A stretch of DNA of 64,000 nucleotides, taken from positions 62,001-126,000 of the forward strand of contig JACPUC010000017.1 in the NCBI GenBank assembly GCA_016192455.1, written 5' to 3'. The DNA comes from Candidatus Tectimicrobiota bacterium. Its GTDB lineage: Bacteria; JACPUC01. The notes under the pieces were generated by a model that ran no database searches, was not told the DNA's origin, and was given only the letters and a program-made list of their open reading frames with translations. The position numbers were made by a program, and so were the translations under genes. This document shows, in pieces, positions 28,096 to 38,054 of this stretch. Within the stretch, counting starts at the first letter, position 1. Each line of letters opens with the position of its first letter.

Positions 28096-28980
28096 TCAGG
28101 GGCGCGAGGCGAGGCGGCGGCGGGTGACGAGAAGCACCCCAAGGATCACCAGCACGGCTCCGGCGATCTGCGGCGCGCCGATCCTCTCGTTGAGGAGGAG
28201 CCAGCCGAACAGCATGGCGAAGATGGGGATCATGTTCTGGAAGATCGCCGTCCTGGAGGCGCCGATCTGCTGCAGGGCGTAGTTGGAGATGAGGAAGGGA
28301 ACGCCGAGCCCCAGGATGCTCAGGTAGAGGATCAAGCCCCAGGCGAGGAGGGTGCTGGAGGCCAGCGCCTGGAGTGGCGCGGCAAAGCTTGCGGCGATGC
28401 TCAGCATCAGCGAGCCCACGGCGGTGGCGTAACAGGTCGCCCGCCAGGGGTCGAAGCGGCGCAGCACGTGGCGGCTATGCACGAGGTACGCCGACCAGCT
28501 CACGGCGGCGGCGAAGATCAGCAGATCGCCGCGGTTGAAGCGCAGCGACTGCAAGGTCTCCAGCGAGCCGTTGGTGAGGACCACGAGGACGCCAAGGAGC
28601 GACAGGAGGATACCGCTCGCCGCCCGCCAGGTCACCCTCTCGCCTAGAAAGAGCACGGACGCGATCGCCACGATGGCCGGCGTGGAGGTGTAGATGATGC
28701 TGGCATTCGTCGCCGTGGTGGTGCGCATGCCCAGGAACATCGCCAGGGAGACGAAGGCCATGCCGGTGAAGCCGAGGATGGTGAAGTCGCGCACGTCGGC
28801 GGCTCGAAGGGGTCTGGGGCGTGTCGGCAGAAAACGTTGGAACGCAGCCAGCGCCAGGAAGGAGATGAGGCAGCGCAAGGCGGCGAGAACCACCGGCGGC
28901 ATGAGCGGAGCGGCGACGCGGAAGGCGATGAGGTTGCCGCCGTAGAGCATGGTGGCGAGAAGGAGGAGGGCGTAGACCAT
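28096..28980 (-). CDS. DMT/EamA-family transporter
   Basis: About 10 hydrophobic segments in two repeats. TTATNASII, FLGERV, FNRGDL, LLNERI. Confidence 0.9.
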   Translation of the reverse strand: MVYALLLLATMLYGGNLIAFRVAAPLMPPVVLAALRCLISFLALAAFQRFLPTRPRPLRAADVRDFTILGFTGMAFVSLAMFLGMRTTTATNASIIYTSTPAIVAIASVLFLGERVTWRAASGILLSLLGVLVVLTNGSLETLQSLRFNRGDLLIFAAAVSWSAYLVHSRHVLRRFDPWRATCYATAVGSLMLSIAASFAAPLQALASSTLLAWGLILYLSILGLGVPFLISNYALQQIGASRTAIFQNMIPIFAMLFGWLLLNERIGAPQIAGAVLVILGVLLVTRRRLASRP

Positions 28981-29094
28981 GGCGCCGCTCAGCCCAGGGG
29001 GAGGGGGGACGCAGCAGGCGGAGAACCGAGGCGGTCGCGGTAGGCCGAGGCACCCTGCTCCGCGCGGCCGTCGCCGCGCGGGCTGCGCCAGCGG

Positions 29095-29427
29095 TCAGGC
29101 ATTCGCCAGAGCGGTCACGCGCTCCTGGAACGTTTGCAAGAGGTGGAGTGAGGAGCGCGCGCGGCTCGCCACCGTCATGCCTTCCTCGTAGATTTGCCGC
29201 GCTCCGAAGGTGTGACCTTCGGCGGCGTAGGCATCGCCCAGGGCCAGGTAGGCTTCGGCATAGTCGGGCTCAACCGTGATCGCCGCCGTGAAGAGGTAGA
29301 TGGCATCCATGTACTGCCGCGATTTGCAGTAAAGCTGCCCGAGCTCATAGTAGAGGGTCCCGTCGGCAGGGTAGGCGGAGCTGAGTCTCTTCAGCTCCTC
29401 GACTCGTTCCACGTCCATCTGGCTCAT
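29095..29427 (-). CDS. TPR-repeat protein
   Basis: LYYELGQLY...AIYLFTAAITVEPDYAEAYLALGDAY...ARQIYEEG TPR pattern. Confidence 0.75.
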   Translation of the reverse strand: MSQMDVERVEELKRLSSAYPADGTLYYELGQLYCKSRQYMDAIYLFTAAITVEPDYAEAYLALGDAYAAEGHTFGARQIYEEGMTVASRARSSLHLLQTFQERVTALANA

Positions 29428-29632
29428 TTCCCACCACCCTGCTCCGAACAGGCAGGGCCGTGCTCTTCATGGCGCCAAGCGCGCCGCGATCCGCGCCCGG
29501 CGCTGCGCTTGCGCAGCCCAGCGGCGCATCGCGGGCCTCGCCGCAGCGCCCAAGAATACGCAGGCGACCACGGAATTGCAATGGCCTCGACCGGTGAGAG
29601 GCACGGCTACGAAACGACCGGGCCGCCGCGCC

Positions 29633-29661
29633 TTGACTTGCCCATCTCCCCTGACTAGATT
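29633..29661 (+). promoter_or_regulatory. Candidate sigma70 promoter for the deaminase/AOR genes
   Basis: TTGACT-17 nt-TAGATT. Confidence 0.5.
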
Positions 29662-29798
29662 GACGCACGTTGCCGCGCCGGCTTTGGGCGCCAGGCCAAG
29701 CCAGCCGCGGTCCGACGTTGGGGTAGCCTGCCGCACCCCGGCGCACCCTTGCCCCCAGCGCGCGGCGCCGGGCCCTTGCCACCCCCCGCAGAGGAACC

Positions 29799-31667
29799 AT
29801 GATGCCCCCCCGGCCGACCGCCTCCGCCCATCCGGTCTTCACGCGTCATCTCCCCATGGAGACGGTTGCCCACCTGGTGGCGGTCTCCCAGGGACGTGCC
29901 GCGGCCGACGCGTACCTGCGCGGCGGGCGTATCGTCAACGTCTTCTCCGGCGAGGTGCTGGAGATGAACGTTGCCCTGGCGGAGGGCCTGGTTGCCTACG
30001 TCGGCACGAGCGAGGCGATGGTGGGCGACGAGACCGAGATCATCAACGCGCACGGCTTCCACCTCGTGCCGGGCTACGTCAACGCCCACTCCCACCCCTG
30101 GATGGGGCATAACCCCCTGGAGTTCGCCCGCGCCGTCCTGCCGCACGGCACCACCACGACCGTGTCGGACACCCTCATGCTGGTGATGTTCCTGCGCGAC
30201 CACGATACCGCCGCGGTCGTCGAGATCATGGAGCAGATGGCGCGCCTGCCGATGAAGTACTTCTGGGTTGCACGCGCCGCGCCGCAGTCCCGCCTCGAGG
30301 ACGAGGGCGCCTTCTTCTCGACGGAGCGCGTCAGCCAGTTGCTGGAGCTTGACTGCGTCGTCGGCGTGGCGGAGCTCACCCGCTGGAAGCGCATCACGGA
30401 GGGGGACCCGGCGCTTCTCGAGGCGATCAGCGAGGCGCTGCGCCGCGGCAAGGCGGTTGACGGGCACACCGCCGGCGCCTCGTACGAGCGGCTGAACGGC
30501 ATCGCCGCCGCCGGCGTCAACTCCTGCCACGAGCCGATCACCGCCGAGGAGGCCCTGCACCGCCTGCGCTTGGGGCTGTGGACGATGCTGCGCCACAGTT
30601 GCCTGCGGCCGGACCTGCCGGAGCTGAGCCGCGTTCTCACCGAGCACCATGCCGACACCTCGCGCCTCATCCTCACATCCGACGGCCCCGACCCGGTCTA
30701 CGTCGCTGACGAAGGGGACATCGACCACGTCATCCGCACCGCCATCACCTGCGGCATCGAGCCGGTGACGGCCTACAAAATGGCCACGATCAATCCCGCC
30801 ACCCTTTACGGCCTGGACACCCGGCTCGGCGCCATTGCCCCCGGGCGCTACGCGGACCTCCTCTTCCTCGAGGACCTGCGCAACCCGACGCCGGTGCGCG
30901 TCATGCTGAACGGCCGCATTGCGGTGCAGGACGGCGGCACGTGCGTCGAGACGCCGGGACCCTCCTGGCGGGCGGCGGCGGCGTGGCGCGACGCGGCGCG
31001 ACGCTGGCGGCCGACGGCGGCCCTCTTCAACCTGGCGGATGCCGCTGTCGCGCATCCAGCCGGCTCGCACGAGGGAACCGCGGCAACCGCGACGGTGCGG
31101 CTGCCGGTCCTGCACCTCGTCAGCGCGGCGATCACCCGACTCCTCGACATGGAGGTGCGGCTGGCCGACGGCGACATCGACCGGCGGGCGCATCCAGATC
31201 TCCTCGCTATTGGGCTCGTCGAGCGCAGCGGGAACTGGATCACCAAGAGCGCCATCAAGGGGTTCGCCGACCAGCTCGGTGGCATGGCCTGCAGCCTGGG
31301 ATGCGCCACCCACCCCGTGGTGATCGGCTCGTCAGCCGCCGACATGGCGCTGGCGCTCGAGCGGCTCCTGGCCTTCTCGGGAGGGCTCGTTCTCGTCGAA
31401 GAGGGCGAGGTGCTCTTCGCGTCGCCCCTGGAGCTCTTCGGGGTGATGACCGATCGCCCGTTCGCCACCGTCGCGGAGGAGTTCCGCCGTTTTCGGGACC
31501 TCATGCAGGCGCGCGGCTACCGTTATCAAAGCCTCTTCTATACCATGCAGTTTATCGCCTGCGATTTTCTCCCCGAGGTGCGGGTCACTTCGGCAGGGGT
31601 CATCAGCGTGCGCACCGGCCAGGTCTTGAAGCCGGTGCAGCGCCTGGCGGCGCACGCCGCGTCGTGA
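29799..31667 (+). CDS. Adenine deaminase-like amidohydrolase (AdeC/YerA family)
   Basis: GGRIVNVFSGE, PGYVNAHSH, HGTTT, VDGHTAG, SCHEPI, LRLGL, MATINPA, IAPGRYADL, and an Ade C-terminal domain. Confidence 0.85.
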   Translation: MMPPRPTASAHPVFTRHLPMETVAHLVAVSQGRAAADAYLRGGRIVNVFSGEVLEMNVALAEGLVAYVGTSEAMVGDETEIINAHGFHLVPGYVNAHSHPWMGHNPLEFARAVLPHGTTTTVSDTLMLVMFLRDHDTAAVVEIMEQMARLPMKYFWVARAAPQSRLEDEGAFFSTERVSQLLELDCVVGVAELTRWKRITEGDPALLEAISEALRRGKAVDGHTAGASYERLNGIAAAGVNSCHEPITAEEALHRLRLGLWTMLRHSCLRPDLPELSRVLTEHHADTSRLILTSDGPDPVYVADEGDIDHVIRTAITCGIEPVTAYKMATINPATLYGLDTRLGAIAPGRYADLLFLEDLRNPTPVRVMLNGRIAVQDGGTCVETPGPSWRAAAAWRDAARRWRPTAALFNLADAAVAHPAGSHEGTAATATVRLPVLHLVSAAITRLLDMEVRLADGDIDRRAHPDLLAIGLVERSGNWITKSAIKGFADQLGGMACSLGCATHPVVIGSSAADMALALERLLAFSGGLVLVEEGEVLFASPLELFGVMTDRPFATVAEEFRRFRDLMQARGYRYQSLFYTMQFIACDFLPEVRVTSAGVISVRTGQVLKPVQRLAAHAAS

Positions 31668-31824
31668 GACGGGCGACGGACGGCGGCGGGGCGGATGCCT
31701 CGGAAGGAGGGTAACTTCAGGATGGAAGTTGCGCTTCCAGATCAAGTACCATGATCTCGACGCGGTTGTGAACGCGCCCGCCTGATGCCCGCTCCTACAG
31801 GGCGGGAAGGGAGGAGCCGCTACC

Positions 31825-33684
31825 ATGGCGCTGGAGTTCGGCACGCGCGGCAAGCTTCTGTTCGTGAACCTAAGCGACGGCTCGACCTCGGTCCGCCCCA
31901 TCGAGGCCGACGATGTCTGGATGTACTACGGCGGTCGGGGCCTGGGGGCCAAGCTCCTCTTCGATCTCGCTCCCAAGGGGGGAACCTACGCCAGCCCCGA
32001 CAACCCCTTCATGCTCCTCTCCGGCCCCCTCACCGGCACCATCTTCCCCACCGCCAACCGCACCTTCGCGTGCTCGCTGTCGCCGCTGACCGACGCTTAC
32101 GGCGGCGCCCTCGGCGGCGGCTCCTTCATGCCGGAGCTGAAGTTCGCCGGCTATGACGGCCTCGTCGTCCTCGGCAAGGCGGAGCACCCGGTCTACCTCG
32201 ACATCCGCAACGAGGCGGTGACGATCCGCGATGCCCGCCACTTGTGGGGGAAACAGACGACGGAGACGCGCGAGACCATCCGCGCGGAGCTCGGCGACGA
32301 CGAGATCAAGACCTGCACCATCGGTCCCGCAGGCGAGCACGACGTGCGCTACGCCTGCCTGATTCTCGACGGGCGCGCCGCCGGCCGCGCCGGCCTCGGC
32401 ACCTCGATGGGCGCCAAAAACCTGAAGGCCGTCGCCGTGCGCGGCAGCGCGGGGGTGGCCCTGGCGAAGCCTGCCGACTTCTTCCGCCTCATGCTGAACT
32501 TCAACACCACCATCGCCAACAGCCCCACGCGCACCCATTTCGGCAAGTGGGGCACGGCCCACGGCATCGACAACCAGAACCAGTTCGGCATCCTGCCGAC
32601 GCGCAACTTCATCGACTCGCAGTTCGTCGGACACAAGGAGTTCGCCACCAAGTACTTCCACACCGAGCACTTTTACCGCGATTTCGGCTGCTTCAGTTGC
32701 CCGGTGGCGTGCACGAACATCGCCCGCGTCAAGGAGGGGAAGTACAAGGGGACGCAGGCCGAAGGACCGGAGTACGAGACCTTCTACTCCCTTGGCGCCA
32801 ACTGCGGCAACGCCGACATGGCCTCGATCGTGTACGGCGACCGCCTCTGCGACGAGCTGGGGCTGGACTCGATGTCGGCCGGCAGCAGCATCGGCTTCGC
32901 CATGGAGTGCTTCGAGCGCGGCCTGCTCAGCCGCGGCGATGTGGATGGCTTCGACCTGCGCTTCGGCAACAGCGACGCCCTCATCGAGCTGCTGCCGAAG
33001 ATCGCCCGGCGCGAGGGCTTCGGGGACCTCCTCGCCGAGGGGGTGCGGCGCATGGCGCGCACGATCGGCCGCGGCAGCGAGGACTTCGCCATGGAGGTGA
33101 AGGGGATGGAGCTGGGCGGCTACGATCCGCGCGCCCTGAAGGCCGAAGGTCTCTCCATGGCCACCTCCGAGCGCGGCGGCTGCCACCACTTCGGCGGGTA
33201 CACCATCTACCTGGAGACCTCCGGGTCGATCAGCAACCTGGCGGTGGAGGGGAAGGGTCAGTTGCTGCAGCAGGTGCGTCGCGGCCGCGTCCTCTGCGAT
33301 TCCACCACCATGTGCTCCTTCCTTGGGGGCACCATCGCCATGCAGCCGAACAACCTCGCCGAAGCCCTGCGCTACGCCACCGGCCTCGACTTCAGCACCG
33401 AGCAGTTGCACCTCATCGCCGACCGCGTCATCGCCCTGGAGCGCTGCATCAACGCACGCTACGGCCTCGGCCGCAAGGACGACACCCTGCCGAAGCGCAT
33501 CCTGACCGAGACGGTGCGCAGTGGGCCGTGGAAGGGGAACACACTGTCGCAGGAGCAGCTCGACAACCTCCTCGACCAGTTCTACACCATCAACGGCTTC
33601 GACCTGACCACCGGCCACCCCACGGCGGAGCGCCTGACCGCGCTGGGCCTCGACGCCGCCCGCGCCGAGCTCTACGCCGCCTGA
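31825..33684 (+). CDS. aor: Aldehyde:ferredoxin oxidoreductase family (W/Mo-pterin, 4Fe-4S)
   Basis: GGRGLG, LKFAGYDG, RAAGRAGLG..MGAKNLKA, CFSCPVAC, EGPEYET, CDELGLD, ERGGCH, DDTLPKR. Confidence 0.92.
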   Translation: MALEFGTRGKLLFVNLSDGSTSVRPIEADDVWMYYGGRGLGAKLLFDLAPKGGTYASPDNPFMLLSGPLTGTIFPTANRTFACSLSPLTDAYGGALGGGSFMPELKFAGYDGLVVLGKAEHPVYLDIRNEAVTIRDARHLWGKQTTETRETIRAELGDDEIKTCTIGPAGEHDVRYACLILDGRAAGRAGLGTSMGAKNLKAVAVRGSAGVALAKPADFFRLMLNFNTTIANSPTRTHFGKWGTAHGIDNQNQFGILPTRNFIDSQFVGHKEFATKYFHTEHFYRDFGCFSCPVACTNIARVKEGKYKGTQAEGPEYETFYSLGANCGNADMASIVYGDRLCDELGLDSMSAGSSIGFAMECFERGLLSRGDVDGFDLRFGNSDALIELLPKIARREGFGDLLAEGVRRMARTIGRGSEDFAMEVKGMELGGYDPRALKAEGLSMATSERGGCHHFGGYTIYLETSGSISNLAVEGKGQLLQQVRRGRVLCDSTTMCSFLGGTIAMQPNNLAEALRYATGLDFSTEQLHLIADRVIALERCINARYGLGRKDDTLPKRILTETVRSGPWKGNTLSQEQLDNLLDQFYTINGFDLTTGHPTAERLTALGLDAARAELYAA

Positions 33685-33720
33685 GCCGTACCGTCACAGT
33701 CCCAAGGGCGCGCCAAGGAT

Positions 33721-33761
33721 AAAGAACCCGGAGCTGCTGGTGCAGCTCCGGGTTCTTTTTT
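33721..33761. terminator. Bidirectional intrinsic terminator between the convergent aor and ThDP-enzyme genes
   Basis: AAAGAACCCGGAGCTGC-TGGT-GCAGCTCCGGGTTCTTTTTT. Confidence 0.85.
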
Positions 33762-33847
33762 CCGTCTCCACATTATCCGCGAACCCGTTTCCCGCTCCAC
33801 GCGGCGCCGCGGCGACACGCTGCCCGGCGCACGCGACGCATGCAACG

Positions 33848-35767
33848 CTACCCAAGATGCACATCGACCACCGCAGAGCGGCCGCGCTTCACCTCGCCCA
33901 GCGCCTGCTTCAGGACCGCCCGCAGCTCGCCCGGCTGGGTCACCGTGCGGCCCCAGGCGCCGCACGACTCGGCGATCCTGGCGAAGTCGGGCGTCGGCGA
34001 AATCTCGGTGCAGATGAACTTGCCGGTCTTCACCGAGTAACCGTTCTTGTAGTAGTTCTTGATCGGGCCCGACACCGCCCCGAAGCCGTGATTGTTGTAG
34101 ATGATGGTGAGGTACGGAATCTTGTAGTTCACCGACGTCCAGAGCGCCGAGAGCGGCACCCCGTTGAGGTAGTTGCCCTCGCCGGTCAGCGAGATGACGG
34201 TCTTTTGCGGCGCCGCGAGCTTGGCGCCCATGCAGGCTCCCATGCCCCAGCCGAGGCAGGAGCCGCCGGTCTGGAAGTAGCTGCCGGGATACTTGATCTG
34301 CATCTGCCGGATCTGCGCCCCGGCGTTGGTGACCGTCTCCGCGACGACGATGGTGTCCTTCGAGTACAGCTCGTTCACACAGGCGCTGAGGAAGGTGGCC
34401 GTGATGGCGGACTTCTTCTCATCCGCCTGGGCATCGGCCACGGCGGCGGCGCGCTGGGCGTCGTGCTCGCGCTTCACCAGGCGGCGCCGCGCCTCGAGGC
34501 GTGACTGGTCCTTCGCCTTGAGGAGCCCGCGCACGGCGGCCGTGAGCTGCGGGATGGCCTTCGCCGAGTCGGCATGCAGGTGGACATCCGCCGGGAAGCT
34601 CCAGAGGGGCACGTCGTCCTTCAGCGGATCGATGTCGATGTAGATCACCTTCGCCGTCGGCGCCGGTTGCGCGATCTGCGGAATCCACGGCACGTCGCTG
34701 TCGATGACCAGCACCACGTCGGCGTTGCGCAGCCCCCTCAGCGGCTCGTAGGCCGGCGCCGGGTAGTCGAGGGCGCCGACGCTGGGGTTCCCCTGCAAGA
34801 AGGGCATGGGGTTGTAACCCACGAAGAGGTCGTGATCGGCTGGGAAGTTCAGGCGCGTGGTATCCGGCGTGCCGAGCACGGGGATGGCGAGAAGTTCGGC
34901 GAGCTCGACGAGCTTCTGCACGGTTGAGGGAGTGCGCCCGCTGTACGACGTGATGATGACCGGGCGCGCGGCTTTCGCCAGGAGCTTCGCCGCCTCCTTA
35001 ATGCCCTCGGCGTCCGCCGCCGGCGTGCTCGCGGCCCCGTAGCGTTGGGCCGGCAGCAGCCGCACCGGACCGCCGTTGTTCATCAGCACCTCGCGCGGCA
35101 GCGTCAGGTAAACCGGCCCGGACGGCGGCATGGTCGCCATGCGGAAGGCGCGGTGCACCACGTCGCCCATCTGCGCGATGCACTTTACCTCGTACTCGTA
35201 CTTCACGTAGTCGTGGACGATGCCGGCCTGGTTGTACTGCTCCTGCACCCAGTGGATGTAGAAGGACTTGCCGCCGTTCAGCTCGCCGCGGAAGGTGTAC
35301 GGCGCCCGCCCGGCGCAGAGGACGACGCCGGCGCGACCGCGCTGCGCGTTATGGAGCTGCCCGCCGACGTGCTGCGTGCCGACGTCGACGTGCACCATCA
35401 CCACCTGCGGCCGCCCGGAGATCATGAAGTGGCCGTGCGCCGCGCTCATGGCGGTGATCTCGTGCAGGAACATCACCGGCTCAGGGGTCCGCCGGCCCAG
35501 CGCCTGGTACTTGCTGATGGCCTCCTGCACCGGAAACGTGTCCGAGCCGGGCATGATCATGAAATAGTCGACGCCGTTGGAGTTCATCAGCTCGACGAAG
35601 GCTTCCGCGCCGTCGTTCACCTTGATGAGCTCCTCTTGCCGCACCTGGGCGCTCTGCCGCGTTTCCTCCTTGCGCGCGGCGCGGCGGCCGATCATGCCGT
35701 CGCTCTCCGCTGTCGCGGCGGTCTTGCGCGGCTTGCTCTTCATGCTCGTCCCGGCACGTCCTGCCAT
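33848..35767 (-). CDS. Thiamine-diphosphate-dependent enzyme (acetolactate synthase / benzoylformate decarboxylase superfamily)
   Basis: PGSDTFP, HEITAMSAAHG, VHVDVGT, GPVYLTLPRE, GWGMGACMGAKLA, GEG...NN ThDP motif. The exact start is uncertain. Confidence 0.9.
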   Translation of the reverse strand: MAGRAGTSMKSKPRKTAATAESDGMIGRRAARKEETRQSAQVRQEELIKVNDGAEAFVELMNSNGVDYFMIMPGSDTFPVQEAISKYQALGRRTPEPVMFLHEITAMSAAHGHFMISGRPQVVMVHVDVGTQHVGGQLHNAQRGRAGVVLCAGRAPYTFRGELNGGKSFYIHWVQEQYNQAGIVHDYVKYEYEVKCIAQMGDVVHRAFRMATMPPSGPVYLTLPREVLMNNGGPVRLLPAQRYGAASTPAADAEGIKEAAKLLAKAARPVIITSYSGRTPSTVQKLVELAELLAIPVLGTPDTTRLNFPADHDLFVGYNPMPFLQGNPSVGALDYPAPAYEPLRGLRNADVVLVIDSDVPWIPQIAQPAPTAKVIYIDIDPLKDDVPLWSFPADVHLHADSAKAIPQLTAAVRGLLKAKDQSRLEARRRLVKREHDAQRAAAVADAQADEKKSAITATFLSACVNELYSKDTIVVAETVTNAGAQIRQMQIKYPGSYFQTGGSCLGWGMGACMGAKLAAPQKTVISLTGEGNYLNGVPLSALWTSVNYKIPYLTIIYNNHGFGAVSGPIKNYYKNGYSVKTGKFICTEISPTPDFARIAESCGAWGRTVTQPGELRAVLKQALGEVKRGRSAVVDVHLG

Positions 35768-35962
35768 AACGCTCTCCTTGCTGAGCTTGCAACCGTTCCT
35801 GGAGAATTCCCGCGGGTGCTACTCTAACGCGCTTGGCGCGGAGAGGCAAGGCAGTTGCCGCCGGCGGGAGGGTGTGGTAGGAGACCCTCAGCGGGAACCG
35901 TGAGGCCGAGGGGAAGCGGGGCTTCGGTGGCGCTGCCGGGGGGCGGCGCGGGAGGAGCTGCC

Positions 35963-37306
35963 ATGTTCGAGTCACTCGGCGCGTTTGTTGATCACCTGCG
36001 CGCCCAGGGCAAGCTCGTTGACATCGACGAGGAGCTGTCACCCGACTACGAAGTGGCCGCCGCCGTGCGCCTCATCGACCAGCGCCTCGGCAAGGCGGTG
36101 CTCTGCCGCAAGGTGCGCGGCTGCGGCATGCCGGTGGTGGCGAATATCCTGGCGCGGCGCGACCTCCTGCGGCTCGCCTTCGCCTCTCCGAACGACCCCA
36201 CCGAGGAGTACCTGCGGCGCATCGGCGGCTCCCTGCCGCCCGAGGTGGTGCGCGCGGCCCCCGTGCACGAGGTGGTCCACGACGGCGACTTCGACGTCGC
36301 CAAGCTCTTGCCGCTTTTGCTGCACCATGAGAAGGACGCGGCGCGCTACATCTCCAGCGGCGTCACCGTGTCGCGCGACCCGCAGACCGGCCTGCGCGGC
36401 ATGGGCATCTACCGCATCCAGGTGTGCGGCCCGCGCGAGCTGACGATCTCCATCGGCTCGCCGCCGGTCAGCGACTTCCTGGCGAAGGCGAACGCGACCG
36501 GCAAACCGCTCCCCGTCGCCATCGCCATCGGCTTGGAGCCGCTGAGCTACTTCGCCTCGGTGGTACCGGTCGCTGCGGGAGTCGACAAGTTCGACGCCGC
36601 CGGGACCTTACGCGGCGCGCCGGTGCCGCTCGTCGCGGCACGGACACAGCCCGTGGAGGTGTATGCCGAGGCCGAGATCGTCCTCGAGGGGGAGATGCTG
36701 CCGAACACGCAGCGCGAGGATGGACCAGTGGGGGAATCGACGGGCTACTACCACGCCGGCAGAAGCTGGGCGGCGCGCCTGACGGCGGTGACGCACCGGG
36801 CGCACCCCTTCTACTACGCCCTCGTGCCGTTCGCGGCGGAGAACACGCTGCTCATGGGGGTGACGCGCGAGGCTGACCTCCTCGCCGCGCTGCGCCGCAA
36901 GTTCCCCAGCGTGCGGCGCGTCTCCCTCACGCAGGGGAGCGTGGCGATGCTCGCCATCATCCAGGCTGCGCCGGCGAGCAAGGAGGAGGCGACGGCGATG
37001 GTGCGCGCCGCCCTCGAGGGATCAATGCAGGTGAAGACCGCCATCCTCGTCGATGCGGACGTGGACCCCCACGACCTCAACGACGTGCAGTGGGCGCTCA
37101 GCACGCGCTTCCAGGCCGACCGCGACCTCCTGGTGCTGCGCGACCTGCCGGGGTCGCCGATCGATCCCACCGCCACGAACCGGCGCACCGCCAAGCTCGG
37201 CCTCGACGCCACCCGGCCCGCGGATCAGGCTGAGGCCTTCATGCGCATCGCCCTGGATCCCGCGGCGCGGCGGCGCGTGGAGGAGATTCTGGCGCGGCTG
37301 ACCTGA
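35963..37306 (+). CDS. UbiD-family protein #2
   Basis: MFESLGAFVDHLRAQGKL, APVHEVV, RDPQTGLRGMGIYRIQV, AEIVLEG, DGPVGESTGYY, VDADVDPHDLNDVQWALSTRFQADRD, KLGLDAT. Confidence 0.92.
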   Translation: MFESLGAFVDHLRAQGKLVDIDEELSPDYEVAAAVRLIDQRLGKAVLCRKVRGCGMPVVANILARRDLLRLAFASPNDPTEEYLRRIGGSLPPEVVRAAPVHEVVHDGDFDVAKLLPLLLHHEKDAARYISSGVTVSRDPQTGLRGMGIYRIQVCGPRELTISIGSPPVSDFLAKANATGKPLPVAIAIGLEPLSYFASVVPVAAGVDKFDAAGTLRGAPVPLVAARTQPVEVYAEAEIVLEGEMLPNTQREDGPVGESTGYYHAGRSWAARLTAVTHRAHPFYYALVPFAAENTLLMGVTREADLLAALRRKFPSVRRVSLTQGSVAMLAIIQAAPASKEEATAMVRAALEGSMQVKTAILVDADVDPHDLNDVQWALSTRFQADRDLLVLRDLPGSPIDPTATNRRTAKLGLDATRPADQAEAFMRIALDPAARRRVEEILARLT

Positions 37307-37398
37307 CGGGCGCGGCCCCCACCGCGCGTGAGGCGGATATCCGTGTGCCTCAGTGTCGATCTGTGGTTCGGCACGGTCTTGTACGCACGTCAGCCGGG

Positions 37399-37426
37399 GT
37401 AGGGGCGGTTCGCGCACCGCCCCTAC
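37399..37426. repeat. GTAG-type REP-like palindrome
   Basis: GTAGGGGCGGT-TCGCGC-ACCGCCCCTAC between convergent genes. Confidence 0.7.
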
Positions 37427-37439
37427 GAACGGCGCCGCC

Positions 37440-38054
37440 TCAGGCGCGCGTCAGGCGATAGAGCGGCATGAGGCCGGCGAGGTGCTCCACGACGGCCTGG
37501 AAATCGAGCTTCAGGGCCTCCCTCTTCGCCCACCCCAGGCCAAGGTCGATGCCGCCGGTCTTCTTCGCCAGCGCCGCCGCGCACTCCTCCCAAAACTGCG
37601 CATCGGCGCCAAGCGGCTGCGGCAGGCCCTGGAGATCCCAGCCATCGTAGCGCCGCAGCGTCACCCCGCCGAGCTGACCATTCAGGCGCTTGGCCTGCTT
37701 GCGGAAGTTCGCCGCCATCCGCGCCCGCCCATCCGCCTCGGATTTCACCACGACGCGGGCATGCAGCCCCCCGCCGCTGATCGCCAGCGCCAAGTAGCCG
37801 TAGCGCTTGTAGCCGCGCGGCGACGGCCCCAACGCCACCCAGGTCTCGGCGGGGGGATTGACCGTGCGCCGCTGGTGCTTGGCGACGTGCGGGTGGAACT
37901 CCTCCCCCGTCGCCTCCCGCAGCGCCGGCGCCAGCTCCGCCCCCAGCTTCTCCAGCTTCGGCCGCACCAGCCCCTTCAGCGCCTCCATCCGCGCCTCAAA
38001 CCCCTCAATCTCAAACACCCGGAAATCCTCTGCGGAGAATCCCAGTCGGTTCAT
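37440..38054 (-). CDS. DUF1054 / YktB (UPF0637) family protein
   Basis: FSAEDFRVFEIEGFEARM...VRPKL...HVAKHQRRTVNPPAETWVA...RGYKRY. Confidence 0.85.
   Translation of the reverse strand: MNRLGFSAEDFRVFEIEGFEARMEALKGLVRPKLEKLGAELAPALREATGEEFHPHVAKHQRRTVNPPAETWVALGPSPRGYKRYGYLALAISGGGLHARVVVKSEADGRARMAANFRKQAKRLNGQLGGVTLRRYDGWDLQGLPQPLGADAQFWEECAAALAKKTGGIDLGLGWAKREALKLDFQAVVEHLAGLMPLYRLTRA

Noticed and set aside
31700..31824. 10-codon ORF (MEVALPDQVP) with AGGAGG upstream of aor; possible leader peptide or Moco/Tuco RNA
   Set aside because: The RBS spacing is long, the codon content is uninformative, and no riboswitch consensus was recognised.
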